Shown here piece by piece: positions 1 to 8,889 of a stretch of DNA of 53,236 bases. The translations under genes were made by a program, and so were the position numbers. The number at the start of each line of letters is the position of its first letter. Positions within the stretch are counted from its first letter, which is position 1. Source of the stretch: a virus (Duplodnaviria; Caudoviricetes); the IMG/VR virus record IMGVR_UViG_3300030098_002282, positions 1 through 53,236 of that record; one strand, written 5' to 3'. The notes under the pieces are model-generated. The model saw nothing but the letters and a program-made list of their open reading frames with translations. It was not told where the DNA came from and did not search any database.

Positions 1-152
1 CCAAATGATTCGTATCATACGGCGATGAAAGAGGCAAAAATGGCTTCTGCTCATAAATACTCTTTATTAGAAGAGAAGAAAATGCTTACACCGAATATGA
101 GCTTTGAAAATGGAAAGTTCTATCACAGTCATAATTCTTTTGATTTTAGATA
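1..152. repeat. Terminal direct repeat, left copy (circular assembly overlap)
   Basis: Matches 53085-53236 except for two substitutions; an ORF reads in frame through the junction. Confidence 0.95.
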
Positions 153-777
153 TGAACTGCCTTATCATTTCTTGATTGGCAGAGTAATGTCTACAATTTC
201 ATCTGCTTTTAAAAATCTTGTGAAATACTCAAGTTATTGTTCAGTTAGTATGCAACAAACCTTCTTTAGTGCTCTATATAATTCTACACCAGATGAATTA
301 GAAAACATAGACTTTGAAGGTAAGTTTAGTAAAGTTAAAGTGAACAAAGAACAACAGTGGTTAGAGATGATGAGAAAGTTAATGGTTATGCGTAAAATAG
401 ATGAATTATCTCATGACACTGGATGGTTTTGGGATGAACTAAACGATTCTAGAGAAAACTTCGAAGAAGGAATTTCACTAAGAGACTTACGAGTTTGCTT
501 TGGTGGAGAAATCCATTTAATGGATGCATCTCAGAGAAGAGAATGGCAAGATATAGCAGTTCGACACTGGTATAAGTTCTTTCCATCATTTCCAAATTCT
601 ATAGAAGAAATAGCTGAGCTACGATTCAAATTAGATAGGGAAATAATAACACACGCTATGTTAAAATTTAAAAAAGACATGGCAAAAGCTAAAAAGGAGT
701 ATGAGAATGTACTTAAGAATACCTTACCGAGTGTGGAACAAGGTGAATTATTTTCTCAAGAGATTTCCGTCAACTGA
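1..777 (+). CDS. 3' part of the E2-domain protein (the track ORF 25-777 is only its C-terminus)
   Basis: 51741-53084 is 448 codons and position 1 is in frame with the ATG at 25; helical, coiled-coil-like C-terminus. Confidence 0.85.
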   Translation, partial: PNDSYHTAMKEAKMASAHKYSLLEEKKMLTPNMSFENGKFYHSHNSFDFRYELPYHFLIGRVMSTISSAFKNLVKYSSYCSVSMQQTFFSALYNSTPDELENIDFEGKFSKVKVNKEQQWLEMMRKLMVMRKIDELSHDTGWFWDELNDSRENFEEGISLRDLRVCFGGEIHLMDASQRREWQDIAVRHWYKFFPSFPNSIEEIAELRFKLDREIITHAMLKFKKDMAKAKKEYENVLKNTLPSVEQGELFSQEISVN

Positions 778-1636
778 ATGGTCTGGACCAGCTTGGTACA
801 AACCAATTATGAAGAAAGGCGAGAAGTATCCTGAGGGATTTAAACTAATTCATTTTCATCCTGTAGACCTTGGACACGGAACAGCAACCACAATAGAGGC
901 AGGAGATACAGCCAAGATTCTTGAAAAGACTTGGAAAGATTATCCTGAAACTGAGAAATGTATGATGGGGATTATTCATTCTCATCATACTATGGGTGCG
1001 TTCTTTAGTGGCACTGATAAAGATTGCTTAAAAGACAATGCACCACAGAAGAACTTTTATTGTTCTACTGTAGTAGCAAGTAAGAAAGAGAAATTTGCAT
1101 TCGGTGTTTCTTACAAGGACCAGTTTGAGAGAGTTCATTTAGATATTGCTGAAGAAGGCAGTACTCAAATGATACTACCACCTGATACAGAAGAAAGTAA
1201 ATGGAAATACATTGCAAAGAAAATAGAGAAAGCAAAGAAAGAAACAACAGTTACAGGTTATTACGGTACTGGGGGGCGATACAATCAGGGAACATTTTGG
1301 GGTCATGGCAGTAGCCAAGCAGTTAATGGATATGGTTATCCAATTAATTACAAAGATGACAACCCTGATGAAAGAACCATTGAATGGTTGCAAAGAAGAG
1401 CAGACATAATGGATGACCCTGAGAGTGCGTATATTGAACTGTTAACTGAGGCATATAGTAAGAATAAGATTCTATATGAAACTTTTTCCGATGAACTCAA
1501 ATTATTGGGAATTGACGCAGTGTCTTACATACATGCTTGGAATGAACCAGAAACTAAAAAAGGAGGTACAAATGTCCTTGCTCTCCCGAAAGCATCTAAG
1601 GAATCAGGACTTGATTCCCCAGACCCTGTTGGATGA
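701..1636 (+). CDS. JAB/MPN+ metalloprotease (deubiquitinase-like)
   Basis: TEWSG catalytic Glu plus IHSHHTMGAFFSGTD = HxHx7SxxD; the ATG at 707 is better spaced from the AAGGAG RBS. Confidence 0.9.
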   Translation: MRMYLRIPYRVWNKVNYFLKRFPSTEWSGPAWYKPIMKKGEKYPEGFKLIHFHPVDLGHGTATTIEAGDTAKILEKTWKDYPETEKCMMGIIHSHHTMGAFFSGTDKDCLKDNAPQKNFYCSTVVASKKEKFAFGVSYKDQFERVHLDIAEEGSTQMILPPDTEESKWKYIAKKIEKAKKETTVTGYYGTGGRYNQGTFWGHGSSQAVNGYGYPINYKDDNPDERTIEWLQRRADIMDDPESAYIELLTEAYSKNKILYETFSDELKLLGIDAVSYIHAWNEPETKKGGTNVLALPKASKESGLDSPDPVG

Positions 1637-2339
1637 TATAACAGTTGTAGGATTAGGTGGCATAGGAAGTTCAGTAGTAATGCTATTGGCTACTATGGGA
1701 TTTGATTTTATAAGAGGATATGATTCAGACAACATGGAGGAACATAACTTTGGCACTACCTTGTATCCAGAGTCTATGTTTGATGGAGGAGGGGATAATT
1801 CTAAGACCTTAATGGCTAAAAACATCATAGAGAATTATGGTGGTGATGATGTCACTGTCCAAATGAACAATCAAAAGTTTATGGGCAGAGGTCAAGTATT
1901 GTCTCCTAAAACTATCGTCTGTACAGATGATATGACATCAAGGAAATGTGTGTATGACAGTTGGAAAGAGATGGAAAATAGGCAAGTCTTTATAGATATG
2001 CGTATGGATGCTCTAACAATGTCTTGCATAACTGTAACAAGAGAAAGTGATGTGTATGAAAAGTATTGGTTTGAGAACGGAGAAAGTGGCGAAGAGGCAC
2101 CTTGTACAATGAAACACACTATCTTTTGTGCATCATTAATCAGTGGTATAGGGGTTACACAGTTGTTTAATTACTTGACTGAAAGACCTTTTTATCAGTA
2201 TATTTGGCAAGGTCTTTCGCCTCTAGATATGAAGATGGAAGACTTCTATTGTGGAGAAACAATAGTGGAGAATAATACTGATAACATATTAACTGAAGAG
2301 GTGTCGTATGAAAATACAAACTCGTACAGTTACAACTAA
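1572..2339 (+). CDS. E1/ThiF-family Ubl-activating enzyme
   Basis: AGGAGG RBS before the ATG at 1572; RNQ arginine finger, VVGLGGIGS (GxGxxG), YDSD..EEHN, CTDD, IDMRM, candidate catalytic Cys in EAPCT; no Zn-binding CxxC pairs. Confidence 0.9.
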   Translation: MSLLSRKHLRNQDLIPQTLLDDITVVGLGGIGSSVVMLLATMGFDFIRGYDSDNMEEHNFGTTLYPESMFDGGGDNSKTLMAKNIIENYGGDDVTVQMNNQKFMGRGQVLSPKTIVCTDDMTSRKCVYDSWKEMENRQVFIDMRMDALTMSCITVTRESDVYEKYWFENGESGEEAPCTMKHTIFCASLISGIGVTQLFNYLTERPFYQYIWQGLSPLDMKMEDFYCGETIVENNTDNILTEEVSYENTNSYSYN

Positions 2340-3144
2340 TTGGCAGGAAACGCCCGGTGGGCTGACATGGTATTTTATCGGTCAGCCCAAAACTGGGAAG
2401 ACTACTGCCGCCGCTAACTGGTCAAGTAAAGGTGCTAAAGGTGTCTTAATACTTGATACAGATTTAGGGGCTGATTTTGTTGATGGTGCAAATGTTGTAA
2501 CTATAACATCATTAAACCCACCCTATGAAGGAGAAGGTGATGATAGAAAAATCATTCCGTCAGAAGAAAGAGGATTTTATCATCGTGTAGGACCTGATAA
2601 GGGTAAACCTATGGAAGTGTATTCTTTAGCAGAGGTATTCCTCTGGTTAAAGGATGAATGGTCTCAATTACCTTACGAAACCCTAGTCATTGATACAGTT
2701 GATACTGTTAATCAATGGATAGAGCACGCCGTATGTAAGGAATTAGGCATAACTGCTATGGGTGAAGGTCAGTGGGGTGCTGACTGGGGAAAAGCAAGAA
2801 GGAAAAATGTTGACATAGTTAAGCGTTTACAACAGCTTATGAAACAACATGGTTCTAACTTGATAATAACATCCCACTCAAAGCAATCCCAAATGAACGA
2901 TGGCAAAGTGCAATTAAGTCCAGAACTCCCAAGAGGTCTGGGTTACGCACTCTGTGCTAGAGCTGATGTCATTGGGTATAGTACTGTCGTAAAAGATGAG
3001 ATTATACCAAAAGTTTCTTTTCAAGCATATGATGAGAGAACTGTTGGCTCCAGACTTAAGCCGTTGAATGGGAAAATACTGCCTTTTACCTACAATGACA
3101 TTACAAAGGCAATAACTGAATACAAGGAAGAAGAAGGAGAATAA
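2308..3144 (+). CDS. AAA_24/Sak4-like P-loop ATPase (ssDNA-annealing recombinase)
   Basis: Walker A GQPKTGKTT, Walker B LVIDTVD; lies next to an SSB-like gene. Confidence 0.75.
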   Translation: MKIQTRTVTTNWQETPGGLTWYFIGQPKTGKTTAAANWSSKGAKGVLILDTDLGADFVDGANVVTITSLNPPYEGEGDDRKIIPSEERGFYHRVGPDKGKPMEVYSLAEVFLWLKDEWSQLPYETLVIDTVDTVNQWIEHAVCKELGITAMGEGQWGADWGKARRKNVDIVKRLQQLMKQHGSNLIITSHSKQSQMNDGKVQLSPELPRGLGYALCARADVIGYSTVVKDEIIPKVSFQAYDERTVGSRLKPLNGKILPFTYNDITKAITEYKEEEGE

Positions 3145-3147
3145 TGT

Positions 3148-3774
3148 ATGGCATTATTACAAACTACAACTTCTAGTGGTGCTAAGAATGACTTTACTGG
3201 TTACTTTGAGGCTGGTGTAGTCAAAGTTGAAGATAAATCTGGTCAATTTGATTGGGCTGATGTATGGCTAGATGTACATTTCAACATTAAAGGAAGTCAG
3301 TATCCCCAAATACATTCTATTAAAGGTTCTTTTGATAAAGGTCCTGATGGAACTGTAGAAATCAATAAAATGGTTAGACAATTTAACTATTTTAAAGATG
3401 CAATTGGGTTTACTGGTGGAATCAACACTGAAGGTAAATACGAGACTGTTGATGGAGAGCATATTGAGTCTATTTCAGACGCTTTAAACTCTTTTATTAA
3501 TATGATGAATGGTTCTGATAACCCAATGTTAGAACCACCTTTAGACTTTTATATATATGTTTATAAAGAGGCTCCTAAAAAGCCCGGTGATAAAATATAT
3601 AAAAGAGTTCTTGGCAAGATATGTTCTAATGATGCAAAAGGTAAAGCAGAACTGGAAAGTTATGTAACCTATATGCAACAGAAGAAATATATCAAGGAGG
3701 CATCCGAAGAGGATGTTGCTAAGAGTCCTTCAACAACGACATCTGGGTCCTCACTGGATGAGATGCCCTTTTAG
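3148..3774 (+). CDS. Putative single-stranded DNA-binding protein
   Basis: Follows the Sak4-like gene; S/T-rich linker and acidic C-terminus LDEMPF. Confidence 0.6.
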   Translation: MALLQTTTSSGAKNDFTGYFEAGVVKVEDKSGQFDWADVWLDVHFNIKGSQYPQIHSIKGSFDKGPDGTVEINKMVRQFNYFKDAIGFTGGINTEGKYETVDGEHIESISDALNSFINMMNGSDNPMLEPPLDFYIYVYKEAPKKPGDKIYKRVLGKICSNDAKGKAELESYVTYMQQKKYIKEASEEDVAKSPSTTTSGSSLDEMPF

Positions 3775-3803
3775 TTTCAAATAACTAACATTGGTTAACT
3801 AAA

Positions 3804-5603
3804 ATGGAACTATATGTTGAAGTAGCAATAGGGAGTCCCCATCAAAGGGGGCTCCTTATGACTCTAGGTGATTACGAGAAAAACATTAATGAGTTTTTCA
3901 AGGCTGGTAGGACATTGCCTATTTTTAGGTCTCATTACTTGTATGATACAAATGCAGTTGATTTTGTTCAAGCAAACAACACATTAAAAGATTATATGGG
4001 TAAAAGATATATTGATAGTGTCTTAATAGATATTGATAAAAAAGACAATAGTGATAACTATACTTTAAATCAAGCAAAGTCAGTAGTGCAGGAGTTAATG
4101 GAGTTAGGTCTTAAAGAGGGTAATTATAAAATATATTATAGTGGAACGGGTTATCATATACTTGTTTGCTCTGATTGTTTTGGCTTTAAACCTCATGAAG
4201 ATTTACCTTATATGGTTAAGCAGACTATGACACAGTTAATTACTAGTGTTGACATAGACCCTGCTGTCTATATGAGAACAGCCATTTATAGAGAAGAAGG
4301 TACTAAAAACCCTAAGTCTAATCTATTTAAAACTCTCATGCCCTTTACCAGTTTTATAGCAATGGAATTTGATGAAGTAAAAGTTCTGGCAAAAGAACCA
4401 TCTAGTATAGATTGGGAAGATGTTATGTGGGGAGATGGCTCTTTAGAAACATCTATTCAAACTGCCGTTGAGCCCGTTAGGGCTTTTAAAGCGATTCAAG
4501 AACCTACTAAAGTTGTACCTTGTGTACAAAAAATGTGGAAAGAAGGACCAACGGAAGGCAGTAGGAATAATATACTACTCAGAATTGCATCACACTTTAG
4601 AAGAAATGGTATACCAAGTGACGCTACAAAAGCGGCTTTAATACATTGGAACCAAGATATGTTATCTGAAAACATTATTCTAGAGAAGGTCGAATCAGTG
4701 TACAATAATGGGTATCAATATGGTTGTCAAGACCCAGAAATGAAATCAAGATGTCAAACTCATTGCATTCACTATAAAAGAAAAGATTACACAATAAATG
4801 TAAAAGACTTTACGCAATTACAACAGAAACTAGAAGAAAGATTGTCAACAGATTTTAGTGGTCGAACAATAGACTTATCAAAAATCTTTGGATTACCAAA
4901 TCTTGACTGTACAATATATCCCGGGGAATTAGTGACCATCTTTGGTCCTACTGGTGCTGGGAAAACAACAGTTGCTCAAAACATTGTCTTGGGGTATAAC
5001 GCTTCACAAGATAGAATAGACCCAGACCAACAACTGAATACATTGTATTTAAGTTTAGAATTGAGTGATTGGTATATGCATAAAAGACATATTCAAATAG
5101 TTGCTGATGTAGATAAACAACAAGTAGAGGCAAATGCAAAACAAATAGCAGATGACCATAAAGAATTATTAGACCATATAATTATACAGACCATACAACC
5201 AACAGTTGAAGATATTGCTCACAAGATTAAAGAGTTAGACCCTCAAGTTGTGGTTGTAGATTACATTGACTTGATAGATGCTGGTCCTTCTCACCGTGGT
5301 GAATATGAAGGTATTAGATACATAAGTCACAGTTTATCTAATATGGCAGTTAATAATGATATAATAATTATACAATTATCTCAGGTAAGTAGAGAATATT
5401 CAAAAAATGATGTTCTTGATTTATATGCTGGTAAGGGTAGTGGTGCTATAGAAAATGCATCTCGAAAAGTAATAGGTATTAATGGGCAATCTAAAGACCC
5501 TATTAAACACTTATCGTTGTTTAAAAACTCAGACGGAGAACTCTTTGAGGATGTTCCTTTAAGATGGAGACCGTCATTTAGATTAAGGAGAGACTATGAG
5601 TAA
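3804..5603 (+). CDS. AEP primase(-polymerase) fused to a DnaB/RecA-like helicase
   Basis: AEP motifs LIDID and YSGTGYHI; Cys-rich middle domain; helicase motifs GPTGAGKT, LSLE, VVVDYIDLI, LSQ, GSGAIE. Confidence 0.85.
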   Translation: MELYVEVAIGSPHQRGLLMTLGDYEKNINEFFKAGRTLPIFRSHYLYDTNAVDFVQANNTLKDYMGKRYIDSVLIDIDKKDNSDNYTLNQAKSVVQELMELGLKEGNYKIYYSGTGYHILVCSDCFGFKPHEDLPYMVKQTMTQLITSVDIDPAVYMRTAIYREEGTKNPKSNLFKTLMPFTSFIAMEFDEVKVLAKEPSSIDWEDVMWGDGSLETSIQTAVEPVRAFKAIQEPTKVVPCVQKMWKEGPTEGSRNNILLRIASHFRRNGIPSDATKAALIHWNQDMLSENIILEKVESVYNNGYQYGCQDPEMKSRCQTHCIHYKRKDYTINVKDFTQLQQKLEERLSTDFSGRTIDLSKIFGLPNLDCTIYPGELVTIFGPTGAGKTTVAQNIVLGYNASQDRIDPDQQLNTLYLSLELSDWYMHKRHIQIVADVDKQQVEANAKQIADDHKELLDHIIIQTIQPTVEDIAHKIKELDPQVVVVDYIDLIDAGPSHRGEYEGIRYISHSLSNMAVNNDIIIIQLSQVSREYSKNDVLDLYAGKGSGAIENASRKVIGINGQSKDPIKHLSLFKNSDGELFEDVPLRWRPSFRLRRDYE

Positions 5604-6159
5604 AAAGCAAAAAGAAACAGCAAAAGAGTTAATTGGAGAACATATGGATGTGATGTTAAGGATGGAATTAGAACCAATTGACAAAGAAAACAATCTACCT
5701 GCTTTATTAGAAGAACAAGCCTTGATACAAGGAAAGATTAAAGACAAAGCTGATAGCATTGACTTTTTCTCTCAAAATATCAAGGAAAGAGAATATCTAA
5801 TAGACGCAGAGATTGAAGCTCATAAAGATGAAATAGCAAGATTACGAAATAGAAAGACCGCCTTAAATAATACATCTGATTATCTAAATAAAGTTCTACT
5901 ACCAATGTTAATAGAAGAACTTGGAGATGATAATGGTGTACTAGAAACTGATACCGCAAGGTATAAGTTATATGAAACATTTGGTTCTGTGGTTATAATA
6001 GACCATAATGCACTGCCAGATGATTTCATTAAAACAGAGATAGTGCAAAAAGTAGATAAAGCTTTGCTCAGAAAGGCTTGTATGTCTCTTGCCAAAGAAG
6101 GTAAGGATTTACCTAGCGGAGCAAGCATAACTAAGGTTAAAAGAGTTAAAAGGTCGTGA
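5596..6159 (+). CDS. Siphovirus Gp157-like protein
   Basis: Coiled coil KADSI...IEAHKDEIARL and C-terminal ..LPDDFIK...KVDK.LL...GA pattern. Confidence 0.7.
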   Translation: MSKKQKETAKELIGEHMDVMLRMELEPIDKENNLPALLEEQALIQGKIKDKADSIDFFSQNIKEREYLIDAEIEAHKDEIARLRNRKTALNNTSDYLNKVLLPMLIEELGDDNGVLETDTARYKLYETFGSVVIIDHNALPDDFIKTEIVQKVDKALLRKACMSLAKEGKDLPSGASITKVKRVKRS

Positions 6160-6317
6160 CTAACCTCTTCTACATAAGAACAGGGACAGGCTCTATAGTA
6201 TTTGTTTTACTTAGAGTCTTCTCCCTTGGTATCGTTATAACTAGAGATGGAAGTCATATATTATTCAACCTTGTGCTCTGGAAACTGGAACTAACACTTG
6301 AATTAGGAGTGAAATAA
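6156..6317 (+). CDS. Small hydrophobic hypothetical protein, 53 aa (not in track)
   Basis: GTG start overlaps the upstream stop (GTGA) and the stop overlaps the next ATG (TAATG). Confidence 0.55.
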   Translation: MTNLFYIRTGTGSIVFVLLRVFSLGIVITRDGSHILFNLVLWKLELTLELGVK

Positions 6318-6520
6318 TGAAACTACTACATAACCCATTTAAAAAGAAAAATAATGGGATTTGGAAAAGACTCAATGTTTTGGGTAACTTTACTTGGTCA
6401 AATAAGAAACAGATAATAAGATTGGAACATAAAGTAAATGAGTTACAGCTTATATTGGAAAATAAGTTGTTACAGATGCAAAAACCTGCAAAAAGAGGAA
6501 GACCAAAGAAAAATGCGTAA
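6317..6520 (+). CDS. Hypothetical protein, coiled coil with a basic KRGRPKK tail
   Basis: AGGAG RBS; translationally coupled; AT-hook-like GRP motif. Confidence 0.7.
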   Translation: MKLLHNPFKKKNNGIWKRLNVLGNFTWSNKKQIIRLEHKVNELQLILENKLLQMQKPAKRGRPKKNA

Positions 6521-6698
6521 CTTACCAATAGGTGGAGACCCTACAGACCATATCGAATGTATTGTTTGTGGCAGTATAGATACTGTATGGGAAGAATCTG
6601 GTGATTCTGGAAGTGATGAATCTGAACTAAGTGTTGCTTGCATCACTTGTGAAGAAAACGCTGAGTTTCCAGAAGAAGGTTACGAAAACATAGATTAA
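6513..6698 (+). CDS. Small acidic Zn-ribbon protein
   Basis: CIVC...CITC; the ATG at 6513 overlaps the upstream gene end. Confidence 0.65.
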   Translation: MRNLPIGGDPTDHIECIVCGSIDTVWEESGDSGSDESELSVACITCEENAEFPEEGYENID

Positions 6699-6706
6699 TA
6701 AACCTC

Positions 6707-6768
6707 GGGGAGTCGCTCCTTCTCCACAGCTACGGTGCATTTGCACAGTATTTATAATGTGGCTCCCC
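6707..6768 (+). ncRNA. Intergenic stem-loop containing an anti-SD sequence
   Basis: GGGGAGTCGC/GTGGCTCCCC stem with G-U pairs on the + strand; CTCCTTCTCC inside. Confidence 0.45.
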
Positions 6769-6786
6769 AACCTTTAAGGAGGAAAT

Positions 6787-6975
6787 ATGAGATACTATTG
6801 GGAAGTTTTATTCAGCACTGAATATTTTCCATATTGGGAGTTTACAATGTTAATGATGTTAGCATTACAACTAAGCCAATTATGGAGACTTCATAGAATA
6901 GAAGAAATTGCAAAGATGGAAAGGTCAGCAAATACAAAGTTACTAGAGTATTTAATGGGCGAAGATGATGAGTAA
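6787..6975 (+). CDS. Small putative membrane protein
   Basis: AAGGAGG RBS; hydrophobic FTMLMMLALQL segment. Confidence 0.7.
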   Translation: MRYYWEVLFSTEYFPYWEFTMLMMLALQLSQLWRLHRIEEIAKMERSANTKLLEYLMGEDDE

Positions 6976-7513
6976 TTTGCAAGACTTAAAAGATAAAGAA
7001 GAATTAGCAAAGAAATTAGTTGATACATTTGATGGTACAGTTAGTGATGCAGACGGAACATTTGAAATGAGAAATACGAATAGAGTAGATGTTGCACAAG
7101 AAGATGCAGAAAAATGGTTAACTAAAAAGAAGATTCCGTTTAAAAGTATAGGATTTGATTCAAAAAACGACAGAATACCAAGTGAAATATGGTTTAAATT
7201 ACCTCCGTTTTTAAGATGTATGCCTGACTTGATTGTATATGCAAAAAACTCAGTATGGTTTTTAGAAGTAAAAGGTTGTACAGATAATGTAAATTTCAAA
7301 GTAGAAGACTTACAAGAATATAGTCTATGGAATGGTATATTACCTGTAAAAGTTTTTATTTACTCAAAACAGCAAAATAAAAGATGGATTGTTAATTTAA
7401 AAGATATATGGAATAAGTTTGATACAGCAGAATGGTCAAGATACGATGATAATAATAAGATATATTTAAGTATACCGACAATTCTTTTTACACATGAAGG
7501 GATGGAAAGATGA
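6965..7513 (+). CDS. PD-(D/E)XK nuclease
   Basis: MPDLIV...FLEVKG motif. Confidence 0.75.
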   Translation: MMSNLQDLKDKEELAKKLVDTFDGTVSDADGTFEMRNTNRVDVAQEDAEKWLTKKKIPFKSIGFDSKNDRIPSEIWFKLPPFLRCMPDLIVYAKNSVWFLEVKGCTDNVNFKVEDLQEYSLWNGILPVKVFIYSKQQNKRWIVNLKDIWNKFDTAEWSRYDDNNKIYLSIPTILFTHEGMER

Positions 7514-7671
7514 GAGTAGATGAAACATTAACAGGACCTAAACAGAATAGGCAAAGGAAGTTAATTAAACATCTAGAGAGACAGATGAAGAAAGGTGTAA
7601 AGTTTAAACAGAGTAAACAATTAAAGAATGATACTATAAAAGTAAAAGTTGGAATGGAATATAAGAAATGA
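7510..7671 (+). CDS. Small basic hypothetical protein, 53 aa (not in track)
   Basis: ATGA overlaps at both ends; MRVDETLTGPKQNRQRKLIKHLERQMKK... Confidence 0.65.
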   Translation: MRVDETLTGPKQNRQRKLIKHLERQMKKGVKFKQSKQLKNDTIKVKVGMEYKK

Positions 7672-8102
7672 AAAAAGAGGATTTCAAAAAGGTACTGATT
7701 CCTATTCACGGTAATTTTTGGCAAAGAGCCTATAAAAAACTGTTGCGTAAAATCAGTACCTTGAAATCCACCCTTAAGAGGCGGTCAAAAGAAAACAATA
7801 TAAAGTTTGATATTGATTCGCCTACATTAAAGAAAATGATTATGGAGGTATATGGTAAAGAATGCACATATTGTAATAAGGTATTAACTTATAGAAACAT
7901 TGTTTGTGACCATATAGTTCCAGTAGTCAAAGGAGGACCAAGTATAGAAGAAAACTTGCAGTTTATATGTAAGACTTGTAATACTAGAAAAGGTCCTTTA
8001 AATGAACAAGATTTCTCTTTACTCATTGACTTGGTAGAAGATTTACCTGATGAACTAAGTCAATATGTGATGAGAAAATTAGCCAAAGGAGGTAGATATT
8101 GA
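7668..8102 (+). CDS. HNH endonuclease
   Basis: CTYC...DHIVPVVKGG...NLQFICKTCNTRKG. Confidence 0.9.
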   Translation: MKKEDFKKVLIPIHGNFWQRAYKKLLRKISTLKSTLKRRSKENNIKFDIDSPTLKKMIMEVYGKECTYCNKVLTYRNIVCDHIVPVVKGGPSIEENLQFICKTCNTRKGPLNEQDFSLLIDLVEDLPDELSQYVMRKLAKGGRY

Positions 8103-8371
8103 AGATATTTACTGGAGAAGAACTTTTAAATTCAAAAACTGATAAAAGTGGAGAAATATTAGAAGAATCAACTTATAGAAGAGGATATTATCACGGATAT
8201 GATTCAGCAATAGATGATATGCGTGCATATAGCCATAAAAAGGTTATTGGATTTTTTAATAAGACTTTACTAAAATGGCGTTATGGTAAAATACCATTTA
8301 AAAAGACATTTGATTTTCCACCTAGTATGAAACCAAAACTTAAGGAGGTAGATACTAATGGCGATGTTTAA
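8099..8371 (+). CDS. Hypothetical protein
   Basis: GGAGG RBS, TTG start overlapping the HNH stop; YRRGYYHGY motif. Confidence 0.65.
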   Translation: MKIFTGEELLNSKTDKSGEILEESTYRRGYYHGYDSAIDDMRAYSHKKVIGFFNKTLLKWRYGKIPFKKTFDFPPSMKPKLKEVDTNGDV

Positions 8372-8672
8372 AAATCTCAAGAATGCTGAAGAAATAAGAA
8401 GTAGTGGTAATTCACTAAACTCAAATATAGAGTTGATGAAATTTTATATGGTATTAGCAAATAAAGGTGCTATTAAACTGGGCTCTTCTGGATTCAGTCG
8501 ATTGATTGAAATTAAAAATCGTGTTAAAAGACACGAAAATGCAATCGAAAAAGGAAGAGATAAATACGGAAAATGCTTAAAAGCATTACAAAAGTCCGTA
8601 AGCTATAGGGCTTATGTTGGAGAACTTGTTAAGCAAGTTGACGCTAAAGAAAATTCACTAACCACAAATTAA
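8358..8672 (+). CDS. Hypothetical protein
   Basis: AAGGAGG RBS. Confidence 0.7.
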   Translation: MAMFKNLKNAEEIRSSGNSLNSNIELMKFYMVLANKGAIKLGSSGFSRLIEIKNRVKRHENAIEKGRDKYGKCLKALQKSVSYRAYVGELVKQVDAKENSLTTN

Positions 8673-8889
8673 TACTCTTTATTGTCTGACTATAGATTTA
8701 TTTCTTAGGAAATGAAGAGTCTAATGAAAGAGTGATGACAAATAAATTACACGGTTGGCACTAGTAATTTAACTGTTTGTGGTTAAATGTGATGGGGGGT
8801 GAGTAAATCTCGATTAACTGAGTACACCCCCTAAAATTTTAACTAAAATTGGGAATTGGGAATTATCCCAATTTAACTAGGAGAAGAAT

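Noticed and set aside
1-152. Biological direct terminal repeat
   Set aside because: It falls in the middle of a gene with no special features, so it is more likely an assembly overlap.
25-777. Stand-alone 250-aa gene as given in the ORF track
   Set aside because: It is the in-frame 3' end of the ORF starting at 51741 across the circular junction.
1476-1571. N-terminal extension of E1
   Set aside because: No RBS at 1476; a strong AGGAGG precedes the ATG at 1572, and the E1 motifs begin there.
1572-2339. E1 plus Ubl as a thiamine/molybdopterin sulfur-carrier pathway
   Set aside because: No ThiG, MoaE, rhodanese or desulfurase gene is present, whereas E2 and JAB are; protein conjugation fits better.
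7668-8102. HNH as part of an intron or intein
   Set aside because: Free-standing, coupled to its neighbours, and no interrupted host gene is evident.
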